A stretch of DNA of 64,000 nucleotides, taken from positions 1-64,000 of IMG/VR virus record IMGVR_UViG_2816332256_000001; one strand, 5' to 3'. The notes under the pieces are model-generated. The model was not told the DNA's origin. It saw nothing but the letters and a program-made list of their open reading frames with translations, and did no database searches. The position numbers were made by a program, and so were the translations under genes. Of this stretch, positions 8,065 to 18,187 are shown in pieces (the stretch's first letter is position 1; every line of letters begins with the position of its first letter). The DNA comes from a virus. Its lineage: Duplodnaviria > Caudoviricetes.

Positions 8065-8568
8065 ATGGCTTCGAATGAACCGAATGCGGCGGTCCCTCGG
8101 GCCGACGTAGCAAGACCAGCTTCCGGTGGTGTCGGAAAGGCGATTGTGTCGCCTTCGCCGCCGCCGGGTGTGCACTTCGAGTCGCAGCACCGCAAGGTGT
8201 GGGACTACCTGTGCGTGGCGCTGCGTGAGGAAGGTGTGCCGCATCGCACGGCGGGCATCATGCTCGCGATCGTGTGCGTCGACTTCGTGCGCTGGGTGAA
8301 AGCCGAGCTGCAGCTGCGCGACTTCGAGAAGATCAACAATGGCTCGTTCATGACAGTCACGCCGAACGGGCACAGCCAGCCGCACCAGTTGTACTACGCG
8401 GCGAAGGGGCTGAAGGATGGACTGCTCAAATGCTTACCGGAAGCGTGTCTGACCTTGCCGTCGATGCTGATTGCGAAATCGAAGATGGAGGATCCGAATC
8501 CTCAGGACGATTTGTTCGATCAGATGCTGGAGCATGCGCGCTCACACCCGAGCGTCTCGCATGCCTGA
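8065..8568 (+). CDS. Terminase small subunit (P27 family-like)
   Basis: Position; NGHSQPHQL...CLTLPS motifs. Confidence 0.8.
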   Translation: MASNEPNAAVPRADVARPASGGVGKAIVSPSPPPGVHFESQHRKVWDYLCVALREEGVPHRTAGIMLAIVCVDFVRWVKAELQLRDFEKINNGSFMTVTPNGHSQPHQLYYAAKGLKDGLLKCLPEACLTLPSMLIAKSKMEDPNPQDDLFDQMLEHARSHPSVSHA

Positions 8569-10283
8569 CGCCGGCTCAACTGTGCGAATGGGATGAGCTG
8601 TACGGGCTGCCCGTGTTGCGCGGTGACGTGCTGGTCGGCGAGTTCGTGTTTCTCGCGGTGCTGCGGCACTACGAAGACCTGGTCGACGGGCCGGCGCGTG
8701 GACTGGTGTTCAGTCCCGCGCACGCGCGTCACTGCATCGACTGGATCGAGTCCAGCTTTCTGCACATCAAGGGTGCGAAAGCGGGGACGCCATTGCTGCT
8801 CGATCCGTGGCAACGCTTCTGGACGGCGGTGCTGTTCGGCTGGCGCCGCGCGGAGAGTGGTTTGCGCCGCTTCCGTACGGGCTATGAAGAGGTCGCACGG
8901 AAGAACGGCAAGTCGACGTGGAAGGCCGGGATCGCCGATTACCTGTTCCTGATGGACGGCGAGATCGGGCCGGAGGTGTACACGATCGCGACCACGCGTG
9001 AGCAGGCAATGAGCGTTTTCAAGCCGGCGCTCGACAACTACAAGCGCCGCGTGCGTCGCTCGAAGAAGTTCGCGAAATCGGTGAAGGTGTACGACGGGAC
9101 GAACCAGGAGCGCATCGCGATCGGCAGCGGCATCTTCAAGCCGCTGCCGGCCAACGCTGATTCACTCGATGGTCTGAACCCGTACGTCTGTATCGTCGAC
9201 GAGCTGCACGCGCATCCGACGCGCGAGGTGTGGGACGTGATGGAGTCGGCACTGGGCGCGCGGTTGCAGCCGTTGATCTCGGCGATCACGACGGCCGGCT
9301 ACATCCTCGACGGCATCTGCACGGAGATCCGCGGCTACCTCGCGCTGATCCTGCAAGGCAAGAAGCGCGACGACAGTTTCTTTGGCTACATCTACACGCT
9401 GGATCCGAAGGACGATCCGCTTGATCCGGACGTATGGACCAAGGCGAATCCGAGCCTGGGCAGCGCGAAGACGCGTGACTACATGGTGGCGCAGGCCGCG
9501 AAAGCGGCCGAACTGCCGAGCGCCAAGGCGAATTTTCTGACCAAGGATCTCAACGTCTGGGTCAACTCGGCGCTGAGCTGGTTCGACATCGCAGTGTGGG
9601 ATCGCGGTAGCGCGGCATTCGATGCGCGGCGACTCGCGGGCCGGAAGTGCTTCGGCGGGCTCGACCTCGCCAGCACGCAGGATTTGTGCGCGTTCGTGCT
9701 GGTGTTTCCGCCGCCGGATTTTCGCGGAGACGTCGTCGAGGAGCAGGACGAGGATGGCAAGTGGTACGTGGTGGCGCGCATCTTCGTTCCGCAAAGCAAG
9801 GTCGACGAGCAGTCGAAAAGCGACGCGGCGCCGTACGCCAAGTGGGCGACGGCAGGCTGGCTAACGGTCACGGATGGCGCGGTCGCCGACTACGGCGCCG
9901 TACGCGATGCCATTGTCGACGCGTGCGATACCTACGACGTGCAGGGCATCGCTTTCGATCCGTGGAATGCCACGCACGTCGTGAACGAGTTGCTCGAGCG
10001 TGACGTGCCGATGGTGCAGCTGGCGCAGAACATGGGCGGCCTGTCACCTGGCTCAAAGTTACTTGAGCGGCTCGTCTACGGCGGGCGGCTGCAGCACGGT
10101 GGCAATCCCGTGCTGCGCTGGTGCGCGAGCAACGTGACGCTGCTGCTCGACACGAACGAGAACATCAGGCCGAACAAAAAGACGTCGGGCGGACGCATCG
10201 ATCCGATCGTGGCGACGTGTATGGCGATGACGCGGGCGCTGACGCACCAGCCTGAACCTGAACCGGAAATCATCATCCTATGA
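8430..10283 (+). CDS. Terminase large subunit (start codon unresolved, 8430-8630)
   Basis: LLLDPWQRF, Walker A EVARKNGKST, IVDELHAH, GGLDLAST, GRIDPIVA. Confidence 0.92.
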   Translation: MLTGSVSDLAVDADCEIEDGGSESSGRFVRSDAGACALTPERLACLTPAQLCEWDELYGLPVLRGDVLVGEFVFLAVLRHYEDLVDGPARGLVFSPAHARHCIDWIESSFLHIKGAKAGTPLLLDPWQRFWTAVLFGWRRAESGLRRFRTGYEEVARKNGKSTWKAGIADYLFLMDGEIGPEVYTIATTREQAMSVFKPALDNYKRRVRRSKKFAKSVKVYDGTNQERIAIGSGIFKPLPANADSLDGLNPYVCIVDELHAHPTREVWDVMESALGARLQPLISAITTAGYILDGICTEIRGYLALILQGKKRDDSFFGYIYTLDPKDDPLDPDVWTKANPSLGSAKTRDYMVAQAAKAAELPSAKANFLTKDLNVWVNSALSWFDIAVWDRGSAAFDARRLAGRKCFGGLDLASTQDLCAFVLVFPPPDFRGDVVEEQDEDGKWYVVARIFVPQSKVDEQSKSDAAPYAKWATAGWLTVTDGAVADYGAVRDAIVDACDTYDVQGIAFDPWNATHVVNELLERDVPMVQLAQNMGGLSPGSKLLERLVYGGRLQHGGNPVLRWCASNVTLLLDTNENIRPNKKTSGGRIDPIVATCMAMTRALTHQPEPEPEIIIL

Positions 10284-11581
10284 CGCAACAGTCGAACAAC
10301 GAGAGCCGGGCGGATCGCTCCGGCTCGGTGATCCTGCGCGAATGGAATGCGCAGCGCCAGGCGCAGCGCGCGAACGCGCAGGGGACGGTCGGTCCGGTTC
10401 CCGTCAGTGAAATCACGCGCGGCTCTGATGCGTACGACTGGTTGACGGGCGGCGCCGGCCGGAACCGGCCGGTGAGCGAGCGCACCGCCATGAGCGTCGC
10501 AGCGGTGTATTCGTGCGTTGCGCTGATCGGTGGCGCGATCGCATCGACGACGATCGAGGAATTCGAGGCGGCCGGGCTGGACGTTCTGCCGGTCAAATCC
10601 GACTTCTGGTATCTGCTGAACGAGCAGATGCATCCACGGTGGTCGGCTGCGGTGGGCTGGGAGTTCGGTATGCAGTCGCTGTTGCTGCACGGCGATCTGT
10701 TCCAGCGCATCAACCGGGTGACGCCGTGGTCGTCGAAGATCGAGTCATTTGAGCCGTACCACCCGCTGACGGTGTTTCCCAACATCGTCGACGATCGCCT
10801 CGTCTATACGTTGTGGAACAACACGACGGGGATGGTCGAGGTGGTTGACCAGGACGACATGATTCATGTGCCCGGACCGGGATTCGATGGCCGTCGCGGT
10901 ATGTCGCAGATCCGGCATGTGCTGCGGCAGCCGGTTGGCATGGCGTCCGCCGCTGGCGAACTGATCGAATCGCTGGTCAGCGACGGGCTGCGTCCCGACC
11001 TCGTGCTGAAGACCAACAAGACGGTCACCGAGGAAATGATTCATTTGCTGCGCAAGCAATGGCTGGAGCGATACACCGGGCTGGCCAACAGCAACGCACC
11101 GATCATCCTGGGCGGCGACATGGACGTCAAACAGATCAGCATGTCCGTGGACGATGCGCAGCTGATCGAAAGCCGGAAGCTGACCGACGACGACGTGTGC
11201 GGCATCTTCGGTGTGATGCCATACATGATCGGTCGGCCCGAAAAGACCACGACGCTCGGATCGAGCGTCGAGCAGTTCGGCATCAGCTTCGTCAAATACA
11301 CGCTGCAGCGCCACATGGTGAAGATCGGTCAGGAGATCAACCGCAAGGTCATCCGCAGCGGCAACCGTAGCGTGCGGCACGACGTCAGCTCGCTTGAGCG
11401 GGGCGACACGAAATCGCGAAACGAGGCGTTCCGGTCGGCGCTCGGTCGAGCTGGCGAGCCGGGCTGGATGACCGTCAACGAAGTGCGCCGCAAGGCCAAT
11501 CTGCCGACCGTTCCGGACGGCAACACTCTTTTCAAGGGAACGAAAGATGCGGCAAAACCGGATTCTCCAGCTGCTGAATGA
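10280..11581 (+). CDS. HK97-family portal protein
   Basis: AVYSCVALIGGAIA, DMIHVPGPGFDGRRGMS, GWMTVNEVR. Confidence 0.93.
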   Translation: MTQQSNNESRADRSGSVILREWNAQRQAQRANAQGTVGPVPVSEITRGSDAYDWLTGGAGRNRPVSERTAMSVAAVYSCVALIGGAIASTTIEEFEAAGLDVLPVKSDFWYLLNEQMHPRWSAAVGWEFGMQSLLLHGDLFQRINRVTPWSSKIESFEPYHPLTVFPNIVDDRLVYTLWNNTTGMVEVVDQDDMIHVPGPGFDGRRGMSQIRHVLRQPVGMASAAGELIESLVSDGLRPDLVLKTNKTVTEEMIHLLRKQWLERYTGLANSNAPIILGGDMDVKQISMSVDDAQLIESRKLTDDDVCGIFGVMPYMIGRPEKTTTLGSSVEQFGISFVKYTLQRHMVKIGQEINRKVIRSGNRSVRHDVSSLERGDTKSRNEAFRSALGRAGEPGWMTVNEVRRKANLPTVPDGNTLFKGTKDAAKPDSPAAE

Positions 11582-12320
11582 CAACCGCGGTCGGACAGGT
11601 GGCCTGCGCGTTCAGGCAGCGGCTGATACCGGCGAGGTGACGATCTACCTGTACGACGTGATCGTGGCCGACGACTGGTTCGGCGGCGTCTCCGCGCAGT
11701 CGTTTGTGCAGGCGCTCGCCGCGATCACCGCGGACGTCATCCACTTGCGCATCAACTCGCCGGGCGGCGACGTGTTCGCGGCGCGCGCGATCGAGACCGC
11801 GATTCGCGGCCACGCGGCGAAAGTCATCGCGCACGTCGATGGCGTGGCGGCAAGCGCAGCGAGTTTCGTGATGCTGGCGGCCGACGAGGTGGAGATCACG
11901 GACGGTGCGTTCGTGATGATCCACAAGGCATGGTCGATCGCGATGGGCAATGCGGACGAGCTGAAGGAAACCGCGACCTTGCTCGACGCGGTGGACGCAT
12001 CGCTGGTTCGCACGTACGCGAAGGAGACGGGGCAGGATGAGGCGGACATTGCGGCATGGATGGCCGACGAGACGTGGTTCTCCTCAGCCGACGCCATTGA
12101 AAAGGGCTTTGCGGATCGGCTCGCCGGCAGTGACGCGAGTGCGAATGCCTCGGCGTGGAACCTCGCGGCGTTCGGCAACGCACCTCAGGCACCGCAGCAG
12201 CGCGCGACGACGCCTGCGCCCGTTGCGGCAGCGCCGACGCATGCAGCCGCCGCCCCGGTATTACCGGTTCCCGATCTCGCCGCGATGAAACGCCGGCTGG
12301 ATCTGCAGCAACGTCTTTGA
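11547..12320 (+). CDS. ClpP-like head maturation protease
   Basis: INSPGGDVF, DGVAASAAS (catalytic Ser), MIHKAW, ETWFS. Confidence 0.92.
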   Translation: MRQNRILQLLNDNRGRTGGLRVQAAADTGEVTIYLYDVIVADDWFGGVSAQSFVQALAAITADVIHLRINSPGGDVFAARAIETAIRGHAAKVIAHVDGVAASAASFVMLAADEVEITDGAFVMIHKAWSIAMGNADELKETATLLDAVDASLVRTYAKETGQDEADIAAWMADETWFSSADAIEKGFADRLAGSDASANASAWNLAAFGNAPQAPQQRATTPAPVAAAPTHAAAAPVLPVPDLAAMKRRLDLQQRL

Positions 12321-12342
12321 CGCGCTCCCGCGTCGTGTCATG

Positions 12343-12368
12343 AGGCCGCTCCCCGGAGCGGCCTTTTT
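12343..12368 (+). terminator. Hairpin/terminator between protease and capsid genes
   Basis: AGGCCGCTCC-CC-GGAGCGGCCT followed by TTTT. Confidence 0.55.
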
Positions 12369-12388
12369 ATTTTCTCACCGGAGTATTC

Positions 12389-13639
12389 ATGAAAAGCATC
12401 CAGGCACTGCGGGAGCGTCGCGACGCGCTCGCGAAGAATCTGAACAACCTGCTCGAAAACCATGCGGGCGACAAGTGGGGCGCGGACCAGCAAAAAGCCT
12501 ATGACGAGGGCATGGCGGAAATCGACACGATCGCTGCTGAAATCAAGCGCCACGAGGGGCTGATGGCCCGCCTGGCCACCGATGCGCTGAACGGGAACGC
12601 CGATGGTCTGCGTAATGCCGTGACGCGCACGCCGGGCGCGCAGAACGAGGGTTCGACCGCGCTGCGGGCGTACCTGAGCGGCGGCCTGAGTGCGATGGCC
12701 GCGGAGGATCTGACGGCAATGCGCGCGCGCCAGACGCCGGACATTCGCGCGGCCATGTCGACCACGACCGGCGGCGAGGGCGGCTACACGGTGGCGACCG
12801 AGTACTACCGGCAGCTGACGGAAGCGATGAAGCTGTACGGCGGGATTCGTCAGGTCGCGAGCACGATCCGGACGGGAACGGGCGCCCAGATGAATTTCCC
12901 GGCGGCCGATGCGACCGCGGAAGAGGGCGAAATCATCGGTCAGAACAAGACGGCGAGCACGTCGGATACGGAATTCGACAACGTCACGCTCGATGTCTTC
13001 AAGTATTCGTCGAAGTCGATTGCGGTGCCGTTCGAACTGATCCAGGACAGTATGTTCGACATCGATGCGTATATCCAGGCGCTGCTCGCGATGCGCGTCG
13101 GACGCATCACGTCGCGTCACTTTATGACGGGCACGGGCAACAACCAGCCGCGCGGACTGATGACGGCGGCGCAGGTCGGCGTGACGCTCGGGTCGGCGAC
13201 CGACATCGGCTACGACGACCTCGTCGATCTGGAGCACAGCGTCGATCCGGTCTATCGCGCGCGTCCGAGCGTCGGCTGGTCGATGAACGACGACACGCTG
13301 CGGCGTGTTCGCAAGGTGAAGGACGATCAAAAGCGTCCGATCTTCGTGCCGGGCTATGAGCAGGGCAACCCGGGCGGTGCGCCGGACCGTCTGCTGAACC
13401 GTCCGATCTACGTCGTGCAGGAAATGGCCGGTGTCGCCGCCAATGCGCTGCCCGTAGCGTTCGGCGACTACTCGAGCTACTTCATCCGCGAGGTGATGGA
13501 TCTCACGATCTTCCGCATGACGGATTCGGCGTACACGCTGAACGGTCAGGTCGGTTTCGTCGCATTCAACCGCCAGGGCGGCAACCTCGTCGACGTCGGT
13601 GGCGCGGTGAAGTCGCTGAAGATGGGCGCCGGTGCGTAA
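12389..13639 (+). CDS. HK97-fold major capsid protein
   Basis: N-terminal coiled-coil delta domain, EGGYTV, G.G.NQPRG, FGDYS; position. Confidence 0.93.
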   Translation: MKSIQALRERRDALAKNLNNLLENHAGDKWGADQQKAYDEGMAEIDTIAAEIKRHEGLMARLATDALNGNADGLRNAVTRTPGAQNEGSTALRAYLSGGLSAMAAEDLTAMRARQTPDIRAAMSTTTGGEGGYTVATEYYRQLTEAMKLYGGIRQVASTIRTGTGAQMNFPAADATAEEGEIIGQNKTASTSDTEFDNVTLDVFKYSSKSIAVPFELIQDSMFDIDAYIQALLAMRVGRITSRHFMTGTGNNQPRGLMTAAQVGVTLGSATDIGYDDLVDLEHSVDPVYRARPSVGWSMNDDTLRRVRKVKDDQKRPIFVPGYEQGNPGGAPDRLLNRPIYVVQEMAGVAANALPVAFGDYSSYFIREVMDLTIFRMTDSAYTLNGQVGFVAFNRQGGNLVDVGGAVKSLKMGAGA

Positions 13640-13700
13640 GGGCAACGGTAATGCAGGGCCGCTCGCGACGGGCGGCCCTTTGTTTTGATGAGGGCGTGCG

Positions 13701-14285
13701 ATGTTGACTACGGGTTTTTTCCCGGCGCATGTCGGTGCTGCTCTGCTGGAGGTCATCGAGGCGCCGGCAGCGGAGGCAATCACGCTGGACGTCGCGAAGC
13801 TGCATCTGCGCGTCGACGACGGCGACGAGGACGAGCTGATCGGTGCGATGGTTGTCGCGGCACGCGAACGGCTCGAGGGCGAACTGAACCGGCCGCTGTT
13901 GCCGCAGACGTGCCGGGTGCGGCTCGACGACTTTCCCCGTGAGCGGATCCTGCTGTGGAACGACGTCACCGACGTGGTCGCGGTGACCTACACGGATTCG
14001 ACCGGCGCGGCCCAGCGGATGGACGCTACCGACTTTCGTCTCATTCGCCGCGCGTACCTGATGCCGCGCAACGGCTGGCCGAAAGGTGAAGACGTCGCGG
14101 TGCAGTTCAGGTGCGGTGCGTTCACGTCGGCCGACGCGGTACCGGAGTCGTGCTGCGCGTGGATGAAGCTGGTTCTCGGCACGCTCTACGAGCAGCGCGA
14201 GTCGGTCGGAGCCGAGCAGACCTACGGGATGCCCGGACGATTCACGGACGGGCTGATCGACCGCTATCGGGTGCCGACGCTATGA
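13701..14285 (+). CDS. Head-tail connector (gp6-like)
   Basis: ITLDVAKLHLRVDDGDEDELI...RYRVP. Confidence 0.85.
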   Translation: MLTTGFFPAHVGAALLEVIEAPAAEAITLDVAKLHLRVDDGDEDELIGAMVVAARERLEGELNRPLLPQTCRVRLDDFPRERILLWNDVTDVVAVTYTDSTGAAQRMDATDFRLIRRAYLMPRNGWPKGEDVAVQFRCGAFTSADAVPESCCAWMKLVLGTLYEQRESVGAEQTYGMPGRFTDGLIDRYRVPTL

Positions 14286-14611
14286 GTGCCAAACCGGGAC
14301 GGATGCGAGACCGGATCGCGCTGCGGATCCGCACGGATTCGCCGGGTCTCGACACGGGCGTGACGGCCATCTATTCAGCGGAAGTGAAACGCTGGGCGGA
14401 GGTCGTGCCGGTGGGCGCCGTCGCATACGCGGCGTCGGTACAGGCCGACGAGCGGATGACGCACCGGATGCGCATGCGTCTGTTCGACGCAATCACGACG
14501 CAGTACGAAGTTGTGTGGAACGGCTGGGTGTATCGCGTGCGTCGCGCGAAGCATGAGCATGCGAGGCGCGAAACGACGCTTGAAGTCGAGGAGCAACGAC
14601 GTGGCGAATAA
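14282..14611 (+). CDS. Head closure / head-tail adaptor
   Basis: PGRMRDRIAL...WAEV...THRMRMR. Confidence 0.8.
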   Translation: MSAKPGRMRDRIALRIRTDSPGLDTGVTAIYSAEVKRWAEVVPVGAVAYAASVQADERMTHRMRMRLFDAITTQYEVVWNGWVYRVRRAKHEHARRETTLEVEEQRRGE

Positions 14612-15059
14612 ACCGGGCATTTCCTACCACCTCGAAGGCTTCGAGGGGTTCGACAAGCGGATTGACTTCGACAAGAAGAAGATCCGCGCAGCCATGCGCA
14701 AGGCGGGGCGGATCGTGCGCAATCGCGCGCGCGATGGCCTGTCGAAGGGATCCTCGAGTGGCGCGGGCTATCCGCGCGTACGCAAGGGCACGCTGCGCAA
14801 CAGCATCGGCATCAAGGTCAGCCGGTCCGGCTTTCTTGTGCGCGTGCGTCCGGAAAAGACCAGCGGGATGGGGCAACACTACTACCCGGCCTATCTGCAT
14901 TACGGCGTGCGCGCCAAGAACGGTTCGGCGCGTGGCAAGCCGGGCGGCTGGCGCATCGCGCCGCGTGAGAACTACATGGCCGATGCGCTGCAGCAATCGG
15001 CCGCCGAGATCGAATCGGTGCTGCGTAGCGCGTTCGCGGCGGCGCTCGACATCAAGTGA
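14601..15059 (+). CDS. HK97 gp10-like tail completion protein
   Basis: GTLRNSI...YPAYLHYG...YMADAL. Confidence 0.75.
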   Translation: MANKPGISYHLEGFEGFDKRIDFDKKKIRAAMRKAGRIVRNRARDGLSKGSSSGAGYPRVRKGTLRNSIGIKVSRSGFLVRVRPEKTSGMGQHYYPAYLHYGVRAKNGSARGKPGGWRIAPRENYMADALQQSAAEIESVLRSAFAAALDIK

Positions 15060-15062
15060 GGG

Positions 15063-15650
15063 ATGCCCATGAAGGTCACGCCGATCGTGCAGCAGCTGCG
15101 CACGTATTGCCCGTTCTTCGGAAACCGCGTCGCGGCTGCGATCGACTTCGAGGCTGCACGCGACGAGGCCCTGTTGCCCGTGCCGGCCGCCTACGTCGTG
15201 CCGACGCGCGACGACGCGGGCGAGAACCTGACACAGAACACGACGCGGCAGCAGATCACCGACGAATTCGACGTGATCGTGGTGATCGCGACGCAGGATG
15301 CGCGCGGGCAGTCCCGGATCGATCTGCTGCATGACGTGCGCGGCATGTTGTGGCTCGCGCTCGTCGGATTTGAGCCGCTGCCGGACTGGTCCCGCATCCA
15401 GTACGAGGGCGGCAGTCTGCTGATGCTCAACCGCGAGCGGATTTTGTACCGCTTCGGCTTTTCGGCCAATTTCACGCTGGGTGGCGGGGGCGTCCCCGAG
15501 ACCTGGCAGGAGCAAGCCCTTGCGGGTCTACCGGACCTCAAGGGCGTCACGTTTCGCGCCGACTGTATCGATCCGGCCGACGCGAATCTCAAGAAACCCG
15601 GCCCGGATGGGCGTATCGAGTTCACGTTCAGAGAGGACTTCAATGGCTAA
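15063..15650 (+). CDS. Tail terminator (Mu gp37-like)
   Basis: Position before DUF2635 and sheath; PVPAAYVVP motif. Confidence 0.7.
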   Translation: MPMKVTPIVQQLRTYCPFFGNRVAAAIDFEAARDEALLPVPAAYVVPTRDDAGENLTQNTTRQQITDEFDVIVVIATQDARGQSRIDLLHDVRGMLWLALVGFEPLPDWSRIQYEGGSLLMLNRERILYRFGFSANFTLGGGGVPETWQEQALAGLPDLKGVTFRADCIDPADANLKKPGPDGRIEFTFREDFNG

Positions 15651-15846
15651 GACGATGTTCGTCAAACCGGCCGAGGGGCGGATCGTACCCGATCCGGAGT
15701 GGGGCGACGAATTGCCCGCAAATGGGCGCGCGGTGCCGCGCAACGCCTACTGGCGTCGGCGTGTCATTGCCGATGACGTGGTCGAAAGTGACATGCCGGC
15801 TGCGCAAGCGGCGGCGGTCGGCGGCGATGACGGAGGCGGGAAATGA
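15643..15846 (+). CDS. DUF2635 (Mu gp38-like) protein
   Basis: MFVKPAEGRIVPDP...VPRNAYWRRRV..DDV. Confidence 0.8.
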   Translation: MAKTMFVKPAEGRIVPDPEWGDELPANGRAVPRNAYWRRRVIADDVVESDMPAAQAAAVGGDDGGGK

Positions 15847-17342
15847 CGGTGCCCTTCAACAATGTCCCGGCAGATCTGCGCACGCCGTTGTTCTTCGCGG
15901 AGATGGACAACTCCCAGGCGAACACGTCGACCGGCGGGGAGACTCGTCGGCTGTTGATCGCGCAGATCAACGACGACGCAGCGGATCCGGGCGGGGCGTT
16001 GCAACTGGTGTCGAGTCCCACGCAGGCGCGAGCGCTTGGCGGAACCGGCTCGATGCTCGGGACGATGTACGAGGCCATGCGGCGTACCGATCCGGCAGGC
16101 GAGATCTGGGTGCTGCCGGTCAAGTTGGCCGTGGGCAGTGCGGCGACGGCGCGGGTTGCGGTCGCCGGCACTGCGACCGCGCCAGGCGTGCTGAGCCTGT
16201 ATATCGCCGGCCGGCGCGTGCAGGTTACGGTCGCGCGCGGCATGGCGGCGGCTGACGTGGCGGCGTCGATCGCCGCCGCGGTTTCCGACTCCGTGAAGGT
16301 GCCGGTGAAGGCAGTCGCGGAGGCGGGCAGCGTCACGCTGACCACGCGCTGGAAGGGCGAAACCGGAAACGACATCCGCGTCGAGATCAACCGCAAGGGG
16401 ACGGCGGGTGGTGAGCGGACGCCGGAGGGCCTCGCGATCACGATCACGCCGATGGCTGACGGCGCCGGTCAGGCCGACGTGATCGATATCCTCGCGGCGG
16501 TCGGCGACGAGCCATTCGAATTCGTCTGCTCGCCGTGGAGCGACAGCAGTGCGCTCGACGATTTCGGCGAGTGGATGAACGATGTGTCGGGCCGCTGGGC
16601 CTGGTCGTCGATGCTGTATGGCCACGTCTACACGGCCCGGCGCGGGGCACTCGGCACGCACGTTGCCGAAGGCAAGCTGCGCAACGATCAGCACGTGACC
16701 GTGCATGGCTTCGAGGCGGGCGTTGCACAGCCGGCATACGAAGTTGCCGCTGCGTGGACGGGCATGACGGCGGTGTTCATCTCGGCGGATCCCGCGCGAC
16801 CGACGCAAACGGGCGCGCTGATCGGTATCGATCCGGCGCCGGCAGGCGAGCGCTTCATGCTGACCGAGCGCAACTCGCTGCTGAAGTACGGTGTCGCGAC
16901 GGCGATCTATTCGGGTGGCTACTACCGGATCGAGCGTGCGGTCACGACGTACCAGAAAAACGCGTTCGGACAGCCGGACAACTCGTATCTGGACAGCGAG
17001 ACGATGCACCAGTCCGCCGCGATCATCCGGTTTCTGCGTACCGCGGTCACCAGCAAGTATCCGCGGCACAAGCTGGCCGACGACGGGACGGCGTTCGGTC
17101 CGGGTAACGCGATCCTGACGCCGAGCATGGCGCGCGCCGAGATGATCTCCGCCTACTTCGAGATGGAAGAGATGGGGTGGGTGGAGAACGCCGACCTGTT
17201 CGCGAAGTATCTGATCGTCGAACGGGACGCCAACGACACCGGCCGGCTGAACGTGCTGTTCCCGCCCGACTACGTGAACCAGCTGCGCGTCTTCGCGCTG
17301 CTCAATCAGTTCCGTCTGCAGTACGCCGCCGAACCCGCGTAA
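15843..17342 (+). CDS. Tail sheath protein (Mu gpL-like)
   Basis: FNNVPADLRTPLFFAEMDNS, QLRVFALLNQFRLQY. Confidence 0.93.
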   Translation: MTVPFNNVPADLRTPLFFAEMDNSQANTSTGGETRRLLIAQINDDAADPGGALQLVSSPTQARALGGTGSMLGTMYEAMRRTDPAGEIWVLPVKLAVGSAATARVAVAGTATAPGVLSLYIAGRRVQVTVARGMAAADVAASIAAAVSDSVKVPVKAVAEAGSVTLTTRWKGETGNDIRVEINRKGTAGGERTPEGLAITITPMADGAGQADVIDILAAVGDEPFEFVCSPWSDSSALDDFGEWMNDVSGRWAWSSMLYGHVYTARRGALGTHVAEGKLRNDQHVTVHGFEAGVAQPAYEVAAAWTGMTAVFISADPARPTQTGALIGIDPAPAGERFMLTERNSLLKYGVATAIYSGGYYRIERAVTTYQKNAFGQPDNSYLDSETMHQSAAIIRFLRTAVTSKYPRHKLADDGTAFGPGNAILTPSMARAEMISAYFEMEEMGWVENADLFAKYLIVERDANDTGRLNVLFPPDYVNQLRVFALLNQFRLQYAAEPA

Positions 17343-17409
17343 GCGACGCTGATTGCAGTCAACCGGATGGCCCGCCCGAGTGCGGGCCATTCTCGTTATG
17401 GAGGCCCAT

Positions 17410-17757
17410 ATGGGTAAGAAAACCGCCGGCACCTGCTACGTGAAGGTGGCCGGCAAGCAACTCGAAATCACGGGCGGCGTCGAGTGCCCGTTGAGCGACA
17501 CCGAGCGCGAGACGATCAAGCCGGGGTTCTTCTCCGAAAAGGAAAAGGCGCCCTACGTGAAGGTCGATGCGCTGTTCACGCCGGATTTCCCGATCGACAC
17601 GGTGATGAAGGGAACCAACATGACGGTGACCGTCGAGTTTGCGAACAGCAGGGTGTACGTGCTCAGCGGCGCGTATGTGGTGAGTGGGGCATCGACGACG
17701 GGCGACGACGGCAAGACGCCGCTGACGTTCGAGGGGCGCAAGGGGAGCTGGCAATGA
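17410..17757 (+). CDS. Tail tube protein (Mu gpM-like)
   Basis: AGTCYVKVAGKQL...FEG; follows sheath. Confidence 0.85.
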   Translation: MGKKTAGTCYVKVAGKQLEITGGVECPLSDTERETIKPGFFSEKEKAPYVKVDALFTPDFPIDTVMKGTNMTVTVEFANSRVYVLSGAYVVSGASTTGDDGKTPLTFEGRKGSWQ

Positions 17758-18053
17758 GTGACGTGACGATTCCGCTGGCGGCAGCGATCCGGGCACATGG
17801 CGAGGAACTGACTGTGCTGATGTTGCGACAGCCGACGCCGGCCGATGCGCGCGCACTCAAGGCGCTGCCGTACATGATCGGCGCGGACGAGTCGATCAAC
17901 GTGAACACCGACGTGTGTGCGAAGTACATCGAGCGGCTGGCGTCGATTCCGCCATCTTCGATCGAGCAGCTGACGATGGGCGACTTCAACACGTTGTGCT
18001 GGGTCGTCGCGCGTTTTTTCTTGGGCTCGGGATCCGGGGCGTCAAAGAGCTGA
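17754..18053 (+). CDS. Tail assembly chaperone (gpG-like)
   Basis: LMLRQPTPAD...LASIPPSSIEQL..DF; position before the tape measure gene. Confidence 0.8.
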   Translation: MSDVTIPLAAAIRAHGEELTVLMLRQPTPADARALKALPYMIGADESINVNTDVCAKYIERLASIPPSSIEQLTMGDFNTLCWVVARFFLGSGSGASKS

Positions 18054-18187
18054 TCGCTCGCGCCTATGACGCCGCATGGTTCTGGCGTCTGGATCCCGAG
18101 GTGGTGATGGCGCGGCCGATCGAACGCCTGCTGGAGTCGATCGGCCACGCCGACCGGATCATCGAGGAGAGCCGCGATGGCGGATAA
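18014..18187 (+). CDS. -1 frameshift extension of the chaperone (gpGT-like)
   Basis: Slippery T TTT TTC at 18014-18020; open -1 frame (…AAWFWRLDPEVVMARPIERL…) runs to the tape measure start. Confidence 0.7.
   Translation, partial: FFLGLGIRGVKELIARAYDAAWFWRLDPEVVMARPIERLLESIGHADRIIEESRDGG

Noticed and set aside
12338-13969. 543-aa minus-strand ORF, and similar long antisense ORFs (4530-6062, 15747-17432, 40868-42997, 59340-60722)
   Set aside because: Shadow frames of well-supported genes in high-GC DNA; Arg/Ala/Pro-rich with no motifs.
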